Position numbers and translations under genes: made by a program
In this document: positions 37,735 through 45,929 of the stretch, piece after piece
Numbering within the stretch: the stretch's first letter is position 1
How the letters are laid out: each line of letters opens with the position of its first letter
Source of the DNA: Planctomycetota bacterium
Lineage (GTDB): Bacteria; Planctomycetota; J058
Reading direction: 5' to 3'
Assembly: GCA_019636275.1 (NCBI GenBank)
Contig: JAHBXY010000002.1
Span: forward strand, 56,213-120,212
Length of the DNA stretch: 64,000 nt
Notes under the pieces: model-generated
Told to the model about the DNA's origin: nothing
Seen by the model: only the letters and a program-made list of their open reading frames with translations
Database searches by the model: none

Positions 37735-38604
37735 GTGAATTCACTTGAGCGCGTTCACGCGTGCTTTCGAGGTGCGGCCGAGATCGCGAAGACAACCACA
37801 AAGACCGGGTTCGTCCTCGAAGTGACAGCCGCCGGATTTGCCATCTGGGGGCTATTTTCAGACGTGCCGCGAATGTGGTTGCCGATCACCGGCTTAGGGC
37901 TCGCATTCGCTGCGTCGTGTGTAAGAGCGCTCGGGAGCCACTGGCGCGCCTTTTCACGCGCATGCGTTAGGACGTCAGCCCGCGCATTCGCCCTAGGAGA
38001 AGACATAGATCCCGCGACACTCTCCAGCATCGAGAGCGATGCCCCGCCGCTCGCGGCACCCTTGGCGAAGTGGCTACCGGCTCAGACCTTGCAAGGGTAC
38101 TACCAGCCACGGTTTCCCGCGGGAGAGGCGCGCTTGCGAGAAATCTATGCAGAATCAGCCTTCTTCACGTGGCGTCTGCTTCGCGTTTTCTTCTGGGCGC
38201 TCCTCCTGCTGACTCTCATCATTGCGGCGGGCGCTTTCGTTGCCCTTTACGGGCTGGTCGTCCAGTCTCCGACTGACGAGAACGTCAAGCGCGCCATCCT
38301 CGAAACATTGTGCTCCGTTACTGTCGCGATCTTTGGGATGAAGGCGGCGGAGCAGACAATTGAGGTCTTCGGCCAGGCTTCGTCCGTTCGTTCAGTAGCG
38401 GATGCCTTGATCCGAGCTCCCCTCCCTTGCGGCAAGGTTCTGGGCGAACTGGTCGACGATTACGACATCCAAATGTCTGCAGGGAAAGATCCTCCGACGC
38501 TGCTCTGGGTCCTGATGCGATCGAGCTTGAACGAACAGTGGAATCGTAGGCGTGAGGCCCTTGGACCTGTTCCCCCGACGGCGACATCGAGCGCGGAACA
38601 GTGA
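37735..38604 (+). CDS. multi-pass transmembrane protein, putative CBASS membrane effector
   Basis: Hydrophobic helices (FVLEVTAAGFAIWGLF; LPITGLGLAFAA; FFWALLLLTLIIAAGAFVALYGLVV; ILETLCSVTVAIFGM) immediately downstream of the CD-NTase. Confidence 0.45.
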   Translation: MNSLERVHACFRGAAEIAKTTTKTGFVLEVTAAGFAIWGLFSDVPRMWLPITGLGLAFAASCVRALGSHWRAFSRACVRTSARAFALGEDIDPATLSSIESDAPPLAAPLAKWLPAQTLQGYYQPRFPAGEARLREIYAESAFFTWRLLRVFFWALLLLTLIIAAGAFVALYGLVVQSPTDENVKRAILETLCSVTVAIFGMKAAEQTIEVFGQASSVRSVADALIRAPLPCGKVLGELVDDYDIQMSAGKDPPTLLWVLMRSSLNEQWNRRREALGPVPPTATSSAEQ

Positions 38605-38702
38605 AACCGGCTGAGCAGCGTCGCGTTTGTCGGGCTGCATACGAGAGTATGTAGGCGAATGTCCGGGCCTCCGCCGTGATGCCTCAGGCTTGAACGGCGT
38701 AG

Positions 38703-39665
38703 GTGCCCAATGTGGGCGAAGGACGCTACGCTGATCTCGTGGAAGAGTCGGACACGCGGTCACGAGAGGACGCTCGCCGTGAGACAACCTGGGCTGGGTG
38801 GTGTGAGGACGTTATTGCCCGCGCGTCACTGGCACCCGGGCATGCCGAACGGGCCCGCTGTCTGCTCCCGCTACTTGTGCCTGACGAAGCTACGGCGGAC
38901 ACGCTCTCGCGGGCCTACGCATCACGCACGACGCAGTCAGCCCGTGCTGCCCTCCGAGCGTCTGTTCGAGCACTCGCCGTGAGTGTGCCTGGTGTGGCGG
39001 ATGGAAGCGTGCTGGTCGCGAGCGAGCTGTTGGAGCTTGAGTCGAGGGAACAGGACGAGACGCTCTCCGGAATCGGTCAGCACGGAGTCGACGGAGACGC
39101 AGTTATCTGGAGCGACGAAGGTCCGACCCTTCGCGAGGGCGACGGAGTGTTGGAGACACGCGCCCTCCTCTCGGCCCTTCTCGAACTGTCGGCGGTCCGC
39201 CCGGCAGTCCAAGAGCTCGGCTTCACCGTGCTCGACGGCGCCACCACGCCGACCTTCCAGCAGGATCTCCGTCGTGCGTGGGCGATCGTCAACGGCGACC
39301 CGGTGCCGTCGACCGCGAGCAACGGCGAGCCGCCGACGCCGGACGCGTTGACGTCAGTGGCCAATGAGCTTCGAGCGCTTCGCGCGGAGGTGGCCCGACG
39401 GGCCACCCCGTACGAGGGGACTGTCGACTGGATCGAGGACGTGGTTGCCGCGCTGCCGCCGCTGCTGGAGCAAGGCGAAGCCGCCAAGGCCCTCGGGGTG
39501 GATCCGCGCACCATCAGGCGCATGATCAACCGGGGCGAGTTGAAGTCCGTTGACGTAGGAGAAGGCGGCCGGGGACGATCTTGCGGCGTACGGATTCCTC
39601 GCGTCGCGATCGCCGACTTCTTGCGCGAGAAGGAAGCGCGCGGCCAGCGACCTTCTTCGCCGTGA
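38703..39665 (+). CDS. hypothetical protein with C-terminal excisionase/AlpA-like HTH
   Basis: EAAKALGVDPRTIRRMINRGELKSVDVG...RIPRVAIADFL; adjacent to integrase. Confidence 0.45.
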   Translation: MPNVGEGRYADLVEESDTRSREDARRETTWAGWCEDVIARASLAPGHAERARCLLPLLVPDEATADTLSRAYASRTTQSARAALRASVRALAVSVPGVADGSVLVASELLELESREQDETLSGIGQHGVDGDAVIWSDEGPTLREGDGVLETRALLSALLELSAVRPAVQELGFTVLDGATTPTFQQDLRRAWAIVNGDPVPSTASNGEPPTPDALTSVANELRALRAEVARRATPYEGTVDWIEDVVAALPPLLEQGEAAKALGVDPRTIRRMINRGELKSVDVGEGGRGRSCGVRIPRVAIADFLREKEARGQRPSSP

Positions 39666-39668
39666 CCG

Positions 39669-41075
39669 CTACGTGGTCGCGGAGTCGATGGAGACGACGG
39701 CGACGCTGCTCGAAGACCCCCGGCGCTTGAGGCGAGCCACGATCGCAGCCACGTCGGCGGTGATGCCCATCGCAGCCTCGAGCGTCTTCGCGGACTTGCT
39801 GATGCCCTTGAGCAGCCCGACATAGTGACGCTCGGCGATCACGATCGAATGGCCGAGGCGCTTGGCGGAGTGGAAAGCGGCGGCGGCCGCGTAGATGCCC
39901 GGCGCGTTGGTCAGGAACGTGCCGCACGTGGCCCGCAGCGCGGGCGTCTCGTCCTCGGTCTGCGACCAGCAGAAGTCCGGCGCACCGAGCTCGTCGACGA
40001 GGCGCTTGCGCGCCGACTCGACCTTGGAACGAGACCAGGGCTCCTTGCCACCGAAGACGTACACGTCGTCCTTTCCGCGCTCGAGGGCCTCCAGGATCTT
40101 CTTGAGGCCCGGGCAGATGCTGAGGTCGATCGCGCGCTCGTGACCCGTCTTGACGTCGCCGGCGCGCAGGACGATCTCCCCTGCCTTCCTGCCCCGGCCG
40201 TCGCGGGCGTCGAAGTCGACGGAGGCCCAGCGGAGCATGAGCGCCTCGTCGCGGCGGCAGCCGGTCAGGAGCATGAAGACGATGAACGGTGCGATCGGGT
40301 CGTACTTCGGGGTGCCGCCCTTCGCACCCGCTGCCTTCTCGGTGCGAGTCATGACGAACGTGCCGGTGTCGTGGCTGAGCGCGGCCTGGAGCAGCGTCTT
40401 GATCTGCGCGACGCGGAGGAAAGCAGGCCGAGGCTTCGCGGTCTTGAGGGGCTTGATGCGGTCCTTGATGTCGTCGGACGTGATGTGAGGCAGGCGGCCG
40501 ACTCGGCGGAGCTGGTTAAGGATCGCCTTGACGGAGCGCAGGCGGTTGTTGACCCCACCGGGGGAGCAGGTGCGATCGCTCGGCGCGCGCTCGGTGCGGC
40601 GTCCGCCCTTGACGGGCCTCTTGGCGGGCCTCGCCGCCAGCCACTCGACGAACGCGGCCAGGTGGTGCGGCCGGAGATCGTCGGCGAGACGGATCCGGTT
40701 GATGTTCGCCCACTCGAGGAAGATCGTCGTGGCGGTGCGGTAGGTCTTTGGGGTGGACCCCTTGAGCCGCGCGCCCTTGGTGCTGAAGTAGCCCTCGATC
40801 GCGTCCGCGAGAGACGCGCCGGTGTGTGTCGCCGCCCCCGTGGCGAGCTTGCGCTCGCGTTCGCCCAGCGCGAGGGACTTCGTGATCATCCACTTCCGGC
40901 GCCCCTCCGCGGTCGTGATCCCCTCTGGCTCGAAGGAGAACTCCCGCGGCTTCCCGGTGTCCGGGTCGAACCAGCGCGCGCGGAGGTCGAGGCCGGCTGC
41001 GCTCCGTCGCTTGACCTCGAACACGCCCGGATGGGCCGACCTGGCCCTCCGGCGCTGCACCTTCTTCACGATCAC
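39669..41075 (-). CDS. int: tyrosine-type site-specific recombinase / phage integrase
   Basis: C-terminal catalytic region LLTGCRRDEALMLRW ... HSAKRLGHS ... ERHYVG; N-terminal SAM-like domain. Confidence 0.8.
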   Translation of the reverse strand: MIVKKVQRRRARSAHPGVFEVKRRSAAGLDLRARWFDPDTGKPREFSFEPEGITTAEGRRKWMITKSLALGERERKLATGAATHTGASLADAIEGYFSTKGARLKGSTPKTYRTATTIFLEWANINRIRLADDLRPHHLAAFVEWLAARPAKRPVKGGRRTERAPSDRTCSPGGVNNRLRSVKAILNQLRRVGRLPHITSDDIKDRIKPLKTAKPRPAFLRVAQIKTLLQAALSHDTGTFVMTRTEKAAGAKGGTPKYDPIAPFIVFMLLTGCRRDEALMLRWASVDFDARDGRGRKAGEIVLRAGDVKTGHERAIDLSICPGLKKILEALERGKDDVYVFGGKEPWSRSKVESARKRLVDELGAPDFCWSQTEDETPALRATCGTFLTNAPGIYAAAAAFHSAKRLGHSIVIAERHYVGLLKGISKSAKTLEAAMGITADVAAIVARLKRRGSSSSVAVVSIDSATT

Positions 41076-41085
41076 CTCCGATCGG

Positions 41086-41146
41086 CTCAGTCAACAAGCC
41101 AGTCAACAATAGCGCGTCCGTCGGGGTCCGTGCGAGTCCGTCGGAG
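41086..41146. promoter_or_regulatory. direct repeats (2 x agtcaacaa; 2 x (c/a)gtccgtcgg(g/a)g) between integrase start and tRNA fragment, candidate arm-type recombinase-binding sites
   Basis: Seen in sequence; related GTCAA(C/T)A motifs recur at 41325 and 41337 on the other side of the tRNA fragment. Confidence 0.3.
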
Positions 41147-41199
41147 TTCCGTAAATGCCTGTGCGGCAACGTATCTACTGACGGCCCAGGAGGCCTGGC

Positions 41200-41246
41200 C
41201 GTGACTGAAAATCACGGAGTCGGCGGTTCAAGTCCGCCCTCGTCCA
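41200..41246 (+). other. 3' fragment of a tRNA-Phe(GAA) gene (anticodon arm, variable loop, T-arm, acceptor 3' strand + discriminator A); 5' half absent. Putative att site of the integrase
   Basis: cgtga-CTGAAAA-tcacg (anticodon GAA), gagtc, ggcgg-TTCAAGT-ccgcc, ctcgtcc-a; upstream sequence cannot form acceptor or D stems. Confidence 0.55.
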
Positions 41247-41260
41247 TGCGGTAAGAGAAG

Positions 41261-41287
41261 AAGGCCCCGGCGGTCGCGCCGGGGCCT
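41261..41287 (+). terminator. perfect 12-bp GC-rich hairpin (aaggccccggcg-gtc-cgccggggcctt) followed by cttctgcgtt, likely the original tRNA terminator
   Basis: Seen in sequence 15 nt after the tRNA fragment. Confidence 0.5.
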
Positions 41288-41708
41288 TCTGCGTTCCGGC
41301 GGAGCCGCGGTCGTTCAGTCAATACGCCGGTCAACATTCGCGCGGGCCATGGCCGCGCCCGATGACAACGGGCCGCCTCTCGTGGTCAGGAGCCGCACTC
41401 CTGATCCAAGGGGCTCGCGTGCGCGTGCCCCCTCCTGAGCTCACAGGGTGGAGCTTCTTCGGCGCGGTCGCGGACTGGGCTGCAGCACGAGGCACCGAAC
41501 CGGTGCCAGGAGAGCTGCATGTCCCTTCTGCTTCTCGACCTCGACGCCCGCGTCCGCGTCGCCATGATCGCGGAGCTCGATCGCGACCTCGCCGGCGACG
41601 GCCCCTTCATCTCGCCGCGGCTCACGCCGCCGGGGGTCGCGCTCGTGGAGCTCGTGAGCGTGGCGGCCCGCCAGGCCGCGACGGTCGGCCGGAACGAGGT
41701 CTGCCCTC

Positions 41709-42437
41709 GTGGTGCGCCCGGCGCGAACGGGAAGCGGAAGAAGTTCAAGAACTGCTGCCTGGTCCCGCTCGATCGCGTGGGGCCGCCGGCAGGGAGCGGC
41801 GGTGGACGACGAACTGATCGACGACCTGGTCGAGCGCGACGCGGCCGTGTCGGTGTGGCGCTTCCACGAGGAGCCGCGCGCGCTGTGGTCGGTGATCCGC
41901 GACTTCCTGGGCGGCGGCGGTCACGCGCCGAACGCGGCGCACGTGGCGCTGGCGCGCCTGCCGCTCGCGGGCGTCGTCACGCAGAACGTCGACGGCCTGC
42001 ACCAGGCGACCGGGACGCGCGCGCCGATCGTCGAGCTGCACGGGTCGCTCCTGGCGACCCGCTGCGACGCGTGCGGCGCGCGCGGGCCGGCGTGCGCGGC
42101 GCTGCTCGACGGGCCGCTGCCGCCCCCGTGCGCCTGCGGCGCCGCCCTGCGGCCCGACGTCGTGCTCTTCGGCGAGTGGGTCGCGCCCGACCGGCTCGCG
42201 CGGGCGCGGGCGCTCGTCGAGCGCTGCGACCTCTTGCTCGTCGTCGGCACGGCGGCCGACGTGTCGCCCGCGGCCGACCTCGTCCGGCTCGCCGCGGCGC
42301 GCGGGGCGCCGGTCGCCGAGGTCAAGCGGCGGCCGTCGTGCCTGCACGAGGCGGCAGGTACGCGGCACCTCCCGGGGGCGGCGGAGGACGTGCTGCCGGC
42401 GGTCGTCGAGCGCCTGCGCGCGCGGGGGACGGCGTGA
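41709..42437 (+). CDS. Sir2-family (CobB-like) protein lacking the N-terminal Rossmann GAGIS motif (truncated/frameshifted)
   Basis: PNAAHVALARL...VVTQNVDGLHQ...ELHGS...CDACG...CACG zinc ribbon; in-frame stop at 41655 prevents N-terminal extension; upstream frame (41519-) has coding GC3 and a SEC-C-like motif KRKKFKNCC. Confidence 0.55.
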   Translation: MVRPARTGSGRSSRTAAWSRSIAWGRRQGAAVDDELIDDLVERDAAVSVWRFHEEPRALWSVIRDFLGGGGHAPNAAHVALARLPLAGVVTQNVDGLHQATGTRAPIVELHGSLLATRCDACGARGPACAALLDGPLPPPCACGAALRPDVVLFGEWVAPDRLARARALVERCDLLLVVGTAADVSPAADLVRLAAARGAPVAEVKRRPSCLHEAAGTRHLPGAAEDVLPAVVERLRARGTA

Positions 42438-43069
42438 GCCTCGACGACGAGCTGCGCCGGCTCGAGCGCGCCGCGGCGCAGGGCGACCCGGAGGCGGCCG
42501 CGCGCCTGGAGGAGCTCCGCCGGCGCGCGGGGCGGCTGATCCCGGTGCCGTTAGTGATCCCGCCCCTCGGCGCGACCGTCGAGGAGGCGGAGGTCGGCGA
42601 GGTCGAGGTCCAGGTCGGGGCGCACGTGCACAAGGGCCAGCCGCTGGTCGTGCTCGAGACCGACAAGGTGTCCGTCGAGCTGGTCGCGCCGGCGGACGGC
42701 GTCGTGACGGCCGTGTCGGCGGGGGCCGGCGAGCGGCTGAGGATCGGCGCCGAGGTGGTGCAGCTCGCCTGCGCCGACCTGCCCGACGACGACCCGTGGG
42801 CGCTCCTGGCCGTGGCGCGCGCCGCGCAGGCGAGCGGGCACGCCGAGCTCGCCCTGCGCGCGCTCGACCGCGCCGTCCCGGCCGCCTCGTGCGGGGCGCT
42901 CTACCGCGAGCGCGACGCCGGGGTCGAGGGCGTCGCGCGCGCGGCGCTACGAGGCGCTCGGGCGGCGGGAGGCGCGGGCCGCTGGCGCGCCGCGCTGGAG
43001 GCGGCGCGCGGCGATGAGGCCCTGCGCGCCGAGGCGGCGGCGCGGCTGGCGGCGCTGGACGCCGGCTGA
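42434..43069 (+). CDS. lipoyl/biotinyl-attachment-like domain protein
   Basis: GTG start overlapping sirtuin stop (GTGA); VVLETDKVSVELVAPADGVVTAV resembles lipoyl-domain core; Ala/Arg-rich C-terminus. Confidence 0.45.
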   Translation: MSLDDELRRLERAAAQGDPEAAARLEELRRRAGRLIPVPLVIPPLGATVEEAEVGEVEVQVGAHVHKGQPLVVLETDKVSVELVAPADGVVTAVSAGAGERLRIGAEVVQLACADLPDDDPWALLAVARAAQASGHAELALRALDRAVPAASCGALYRERDAGVEGVARAALRGARAAGGAGRWRAALEAARGDEALRAEAAARLAALDAG

Positions 43070-43118
43070 CCCGCGCGAGGTGCCGCGGCTGCACGGCCCG
43101 ACGGGCGCGCCATGTGAA
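43011..43118. repeat. direct repeat copy 1 (~105 bp, ~85% identical to 44751-44860); includes the 3' end of gene 42434..43069
   Basis: Aligned by eye: gcgcgcggcgaYgaggccctgcgcgccgaggcRgcggcgcggctggcggcgctggac...tgacc...ggctgcacggcccgac. Confidence 0.7.
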
Positions 43119-43148
43119 GTCGGCTCGTGATGTAGCGGCCCGCGTCAC

Positions 43149-44648
43149 TCACCGCTCCTCGACGGCCTCCCGTACGACGCGCACGCTCACGTCGATCTCG
43201 CGCAGCAGCGAGCGCTCCGCAGGGGTGAAGCCCTCGAACTGGTAGGGGCGGTACTGGAACGGGTGTGCGGTGCGCCACAGCACGTCGCCCGTCGGGACCT
43301 CCTCCGCCGGTCCCAGGAGCGGATAGAGGTAGGTCGCGTTCAGCAGCCACGTGCCAGGGGGCGCCCCGGGCGGGCGCGGCGGCGCGGGCGGCCCGAGCAC
43401 GCTCGCGCGCTCCGCCATGGGCCCGAAGCGCGCGGCGACCTGCCGCTGCGCCTCGTCGGGGAACACGAGCCGCAGCGGGGCGGCGAACTGCGCGCCGGCG
43501 TGCGCGAGGAGCATGGCCCCGAGCGCCGCGCGGGCCGCCGGGGACCCCCGGCGCAGCCGGGGCGCCAGGGCCCACGCGGCCGCCAGGCAGAGGAACGGGA
43601 TCAGCGGGCGGACGAGGCGGCCGTAGACGGTGAACGTCTGGAGCAGCGTGGAGCTGACGGCGAGCGCCGCGTAGATCCCGAGCACCGCTCCCACCCACAG
43701 TCCGCCGCGCGCCCGCTCGCCCGGGTCGCCACAGCGCGCGAGCCGGTGCACCGCGAGCGCCAGCGCGGCGAGCAATCCGGCGAGGAGCGCCTTCTCCGCC
43801 TCCCACAGGTACTCCCACGGCAGGCGCCAGCCCTCGGTGAACGCCCCCTGCGTCACGGTGCGGGCGAAGCTCCGCGCCTCGCGGATGTAGGCGCCTTCGA
43901 GCAGCAACCGGTCCAGCGCCACGACGAGGCCGACCGGGCTCGCCGCGCCGATCCCGAGCGCGACCGCGCGCCGCGCGCGCGCCCACCACGACCCGGCTCG
44001 CCCGGCCGCGACCGCGACGACGCCGCCGGCGAGCATCCAGGAACCGTTGTAGGTGAGGAAGGAGGCCCCGGCGAGGAGCCCGCAGCCGAGGCTGGTCGCG
44101 AGCCGCGGCGCCGGGCTCAGGGCAAGCCAGAGCGCCGCGAGCGCCAGCGCCAGCGCCGCGTCGTAGGGCTGCAGGTGCCGCGCGGGGTAGAACAGGCTGG
44201 TCGAGCAGGCGGCCAGGAGCGCCGCCAGGAGCGCCTCGTCGGGCGGCGCGCCCATGCGCCTGGCGAGCGCGTGCACGAGGCCGATCAGGGCCACGGACAC
44301 GAGCGACAGGAAGAGGGCCGGCACCCAGAGGGTCCGCGTCCATGATGCGCGCGACTCGAGGGGCGCCCCGCGCCACACGAGGTAGAGCCCCTGCGCCAGC
44401 GCCGGGGCGGCGCCGACGTGGACCCAGCCGGTGTGCTCCGGGTCGAGGCCCATCTCGGCCGCGGCGGCGATGTCACCCTCGCGGAGGCGGAGGAGCATGA
44501 GGATCGAGCGGCCGAAGCGGCCCTCGTCGGGGAAGAAGGACTGGCCGCCGCCCAGCACCAGCGCGATGCGCACGGCGGCCGAGGCGAGGAGCAGGAGCAG
44601 CAGCGCTCGGCGCTCCCTGGACCTCCACCCCGTGCCCGCGGTCGTCAC
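43149..44648 (-). CDS. polytopic membrane glycosyltransferase-like protein (GT-C fold; ArnT/PMT/GT39-like)
   Basis: GTG start; ~11 hydrophobic helices; Arg-rich loops; bracketed by the 105-bp direct repeats. Confidence 0.5.
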   Translation of the reverse strand: MTTAGTGWRSRERRALLLLLLASAAVRIALVLGGGQSFFPDEGRFGRSILMLLRLREGDIAAAAEMGLDPEHTGWVHVGAAPALAQGLYLVWRGAPLESRASWTRTLWVPALFLSLVSVALIGLVHALARRMGAPPDEALLAALLAACSTSLFYPARHLQPYDAALALALAALWLALSPAPRLATSLGCGLLAGASFLTYNGSWMLAGGVVAVAAGRAGSWWARARRAVALGIGAASPVGLVVALDRLLLEGAYIREARSFARTVTQGAFTEGWRLPWEYLWEAEKALLAGLLAALALAVHRLARCGDPGERARGGLWVGAVLGIYAALAVSSTLLQTFTVYGRLVRPLIPFLCLAAAWALAPRLRRGSPAARAALGAMLLAHAGAQFAAPLRLVFPDEAQRQVAARFGPMAERASVLGPPAPPRPPGAPPGTWLLNATYLYPLLGPAEEVPTGDVLWRTAHPFQYRPYQFEGFTPAERSLLREIDVSVRVVREAVEER

Positions 44649-44750
44649 GGCGGCGAGCCTACACCGGGCGCCATCGTGCCGCAGGCCTCGCGGAGTCAGC
44701 CGCCTGCGCCGCTGCTCGGCGGTCCAGGCGCAGCGACCAGGCGGCGCGTC

Positions 44751-44860
44751 GAGGCGCGCGGCGACGAGGCCCTGCGCGCCGAGGCAGCGGCGCGGCTGGC
44801 GGCGCTGGACACGGGTTGACCCCACGCAAGCGCGGCGGCTGCACGGCCCGACCGCGTGCC
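44751..44860. repeat. direct repeat copy 2 (duplicated 3' end ...RGDEALRAEAAARLAALD(T/A)G*)
   Basis: See copy 1. Confidence 0.7.
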
Positions 44861-44894
44861 ATCGATCCCACCCTCCGTGCATGGAGGGTGACGC

Positions 44895-45929
44895 GTGCTC
44901 TGCGACAAGACGACCCTGCGTGCGCGCTACGACGCGATCCTGGCCGCGGGCTGCCTCGACCCGGCGCAGCAGGCGCGGGTCCGGGCGGGCGAGGCGCCGC
45001 CCGGGGTCGTGCTCCAGCAGAGCGGCGGCTCGAGCGGCGAGGCGCCCCTGCGGCTCCCCAAGGCCCGGGCCGAGACGGCCTGGCTGATCGACCGGCTGGC
45101 CGGGCACCACCGCCGCGTCTTCGGCGAGGCGCCCCGGCGCGTGGCGTTCGTCGGCGGCGTGACGCACCTCCAGGCGGGGCGCGTGGAGGGCCTGTTCCCC
45201 GGCGGCGTGACGCGCAGCTTCCGCCTGCGCGAGTGGGACGCGCTGGTCGCGTTCCAGCCGGACCTCCTCTCCTGCTACCCGAGCGCGGCGCGCGACCTCG
45301 TCGTCCGCGACGCCGCGGCGCTCGGCTGCGTGCGCACGCTGAAGCTCGGCGGCGAGACCGTCCTGCCGGCCGACCGGGCGCGCCTCCTCGAGCGCCTCCC
45401 GGGGGTCCTGCTCCTCGAGCAGTTCGGCTCGACCGAGATGCCTTGCCTGGCGCTCCGCGCCACGACCCGCGACGAGGACACGGGCTACGTCCTGAGCCGC
45501 GACCGCTACGCGTTCAGCTTCGAGCCGCCCGGCGAGGGCTGGCGCGAGGTCGTCGTGCGCGACGACCTCCCGGCGCGGGCGTTCCCGATCCCCGGCTGGT
45601 ACCGCACCGGCGACGAGGCGCTCCTCGACCCGGGCGGCCGCGTCCTGGCCCTGCGGCGCCGGGGCGACCCCGCCGCGCCGTTCCTCGACGCGCTCGACGC
45701 GCTGGTCCGCGCGGGCTGCACGCAGGTGCAGGTGGACCTGCGCGACCGCACGCTGCGCCTCGAGGCCGGGCCGGAGGTGCGGCTCGAGCGCGAGGTGGTC
45801 CTCGGCGGCGTCACGCTCGCCGTCGAGCGCGGGCCGGTCTACCGGCTGAAGGACTCGAACAAGGCGCCGCTGGTCCTGGCGGCGGTGGGCCGCGCGCCGA
45901 CCTGGCGCCGGCCGGAGGAGGAGGCATGA
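44895..45929 (+). CDS. adenylate-forming enzyme, phenylacetate-CoA ligase (PaaK)/F390-synthetase-like
   Basis: QQSGGSSGEAP (SxGTTGxP-like P-loop), YRTGD motif; GGAGGG RBS before GTG. Confidence 0.6.
   Translation: MLCDKTTLRARYDAILAAGCLDPAQQARVRAGEAPPGVVLQQSGGSSGEAPLRLPKARAETAWLIDRLAGHHRRVFGEAPRRVAFVGGVTHLQAGRVEGLFPGGVTRSFRLREWDALVAFQPDLLSCYPSAARDLVVRDAAALGCVRTLKLGGETVLPADRARLLERLPGVLLLEQFGSTEMPCLALRATTRDEDTGYVLSRDRYAFSFEPPGEGWREVVVRDDLPARAFPIPGWYRTGDEALLDPGGRVLALRRRGDPAAPFLDALDALVRAGCTQVQVDLRDRTLRLEAGPEVRLEREVVLGGVTLAVERGPVYRLKDSNKAPLVLAAVGRAPTWRRPEEEA

Noticed and set aside
41174-41246. Complete tRNA-Phe gene
   Set aside because: Anticodon arm, variable loop, T-arm and acceptor 3' strand are canonical. 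The 5' side cannot pair: tctactg vs ctcgtcc, and the D-loop would be 5 nt. It is called a 3' fragment/att core instead.
41362-41817. 151-aa ORF upstream of the sirtuin, and the 516-aa ORF 41519..43069 as one protein
   Set aside because: GC3 analysis indicates coding switches frame near 41800 and again at 42434. The long ORF is a chimera of at least three frames' worth of real coding, not one gene.
43263-44345. 360-aa plus-strand ORF inside the glycosyltransferase locus
   Set aside because: Antisense to a minus-strand ORF with clear multi-helix membrane topology and better codon bias.
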